In this document: positions 62,231 through 64,000 of the stretch, one piece after another
Position numbering within the stretch: the stretch's first letter is position 1
How the letters are laid out: each line of letters begins with the position of its first letter
Source of the DNA: Rhina ancylostomus
Lineage: Eukaryota
Reading direction: 5' to 3'
DNA length: 64,000 nucleotides
Assembly: GCA_030265395.1 (NCBI GenBank)
Contig: JARFYF010000056.1
Location: 10,983,790-11,047,789, forward strand
Position numbers and translations under genes: made by a program
The notes under the pieces: model-generated
The model's database searches: none
Told to the model about the DNA's origin: nothing
What the model saw: the letters and a program-made list of their open reading frames with translations, nothing else

Positions 62231-62829
62231 ACAGCCTGGCTAATTACATTTAGTTGCATTTGATTTTGGGGTTTGCAAAAATTTAAATTAAAACCACTTC
62301 AATGTCGCATAAATTTCGTATCCACATGTCATGACAGATTTGCCTACAGCTAGACTCCATCCAATGTGCAGCAGCTCCTGCTCCAAAAGAAAGGTACCAA
62401 GTGGCACATTGGTTTATTTTATTAGCTCTTTAATTTGCTAAATGTTACACTAACAAAGAGTCCATCTATTNNNNNNNNNNGCTTGAGTTTGTCAAAAATG
62501 TTGAAATTTCTTTGACACTACATTTTTTTCTTTTGGCACCAGCCTTATCACAGTCTAGGGGAGCCACATTTGGCTCCAGAGAAGCTGCCATTTAGTGTAT
62601 CATGGCAACCAATGTCTTAGCCTTCTAGCCCTTTAATGTTGTGTATTAGGTAACTGATAATGGCTGCAGACATTCATAAAATAAGGATACTTTTATTTAA
62701 TATTTCCAAATAGGCTTCAACCAATAATCAGTGCTTAACTGTAAGCTAACCAAGACTTTTAGCATTCAATATTATATTTTTGTACTGGCTTCCTCTTGCT
62801 TCTTTATCATTTTTGTGACCTTTATTAAG

Positions 62830-63340
62830 CAATAGTAATAGCTTAATTGTATGACCCTTTGCAGGAACATCATCAAACAACATTTGACACCAAGCCACAT
62901 AAGGAAATATGTCCAAAATGTAGGGCTTAAGGAACATCCTTAAGATAGAAGGAGAGAAGAGGTTTAGGAAGAATTCTAAAAGGTAGATCATCCAGTGATA
63001 GACAATGGTACAGTGTTGGAAATAGGCCCTCTTTGTGATGTGACCTGAAATTCATTTTAAGATAAAATGTGGCACTAAGGTTGCCAACAATTTGGTTCAA
63101 TTTTAGATGATTACTCAGGAGAGTGTTGATTGGTGACTAGGGTCTAGAGTTTGTAATGGGAACCAAAGACAATGACTTAAGTCTTTTCCGTACTTATATG
63201 CTTAAATTGATATTTATTGATTTGTCTGCATGAAGATTAAAGTAAAAAGGATTATAAAGAGTTGGGGTGAATGCAGGTTGTTAGGATTGCAATATTCCCT
63301 GAATGCTTCACACTGAATGTTCCCAGGAGAATGAGTGCAT
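62830..63340 (-). mobile_element. L2-like LINE 3' part
   Basis: atcaaacaacatttgacaccaagccacataagga...aggagagaagaggtttaggaagaattc; shared with 53745-54070. Confidence 0.55.
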
Positions 63341-64000
63341 TTGGTACAGTTTCACACAGGTTTACATCTCCATTGTGGCAAAAATTGATCAAACTTTCAA
63401 ATGATTTACAACAGTTCCCAGGACCTCAATTTGTGGGAAATGTTCATATACAAGTAGCCTGCTGAAAATAACCTAATCTCAAAATGATAAATTTTAGCGA
63501 GTTAAATGTTAGACCTAACTTTTAAAGTGCACTCCTTTTCTCACAAAGCCTACTTGCAGGATGGTGCATTGTGTGGGAGCCACAAGCCCCGTCTGGGGTT
63601 TCCCAAGTTCTAATTATATTGTGCAGATAGCTTTTTATTTAACTGAACTTTAGCAGGATGGCGATCAATGCTCTTCTCCACTGGAGAGTTTTCTGGCATT
63701 TGTTGACTTGTCAGCAGGTAGTTTACAGTGAATAAGATAAAATGGAGAATATGGGCTGAATGCAAGGCATTAGGAATGGGTTATTCTCTCTGAATATTTC
63801 ACAAACAACTCATGTATCAGCAGGCAACTCTTTCTGAATGCCACCTGTATTTTTCAGTGTGAAATCTAAGTTATTGCCACAGAAGATTAACCCTTTCATT
63901 GGTAAATTGGACAGAAGTAAAAACTTGAATTGGCCAGCCAATAGTGAACAGTTCATTCCAAAAACCCCCAAGAGCTGAGATACCACAGTGGATGAACCAG

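Noticed and set aside
41300-64000. A second host gene downstream of MED27
   Set aside because: No ORF or exon with recognisable non-transposon homology; short or non-coding exons cannot be excluded without RNA data.

Overview
Vertebrate nuclear DNA, repeat-rich and AT-rich, with many N gaps. The repeat content (HE1/V-SINE-like SINEs, several CR1 families, Rex1, L2, RTE, Penelope-like elements) points to a cartilaginous fish; this is inference. The only host gene I can support is the 3' part of MED27 (Mediator subunit 27) on the + strand. It has four phase-0 coding exons: 11904-12011, 28899-28940, a partly gap-hidden exon ending at 34377, and the terminal exon 41123-41257 with TAA. Their translation matches my recollection of the vertebrate MED27 C-terminus almost exactly. 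About 22.5 kb of apparently intergenic DNA follows. The ORF track is almost entirely decayed retroelement fragments or noise. Most interesting signals: (i) about ten Penelope pseudo-LTR copies, six with a readable, mostly CpG-decayed minimal hammerhead ribozyme motif and two arranged as fold-backs; (ii) a 2-kb Penelope element with a 9-bp TSD just upstream of the last MED27 exon; (iii) a CpG-rich 251-bp TG...CA solo-LTR-like insert with a 4-bp TSD inside a triply interrupted CR1; (iv) a SINE with a twin-priming-like 5' inversion; (v) a very old Gypsy pol relic; (vi) repeat-free intronic blocks with Pbx-Hox + Meis motifs (candidate enhancers). I found no convincing novel protein-coding system. 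Repeat boundaries are approximate unless a TSD is stated. Family names come from motif recognition, not database searches.
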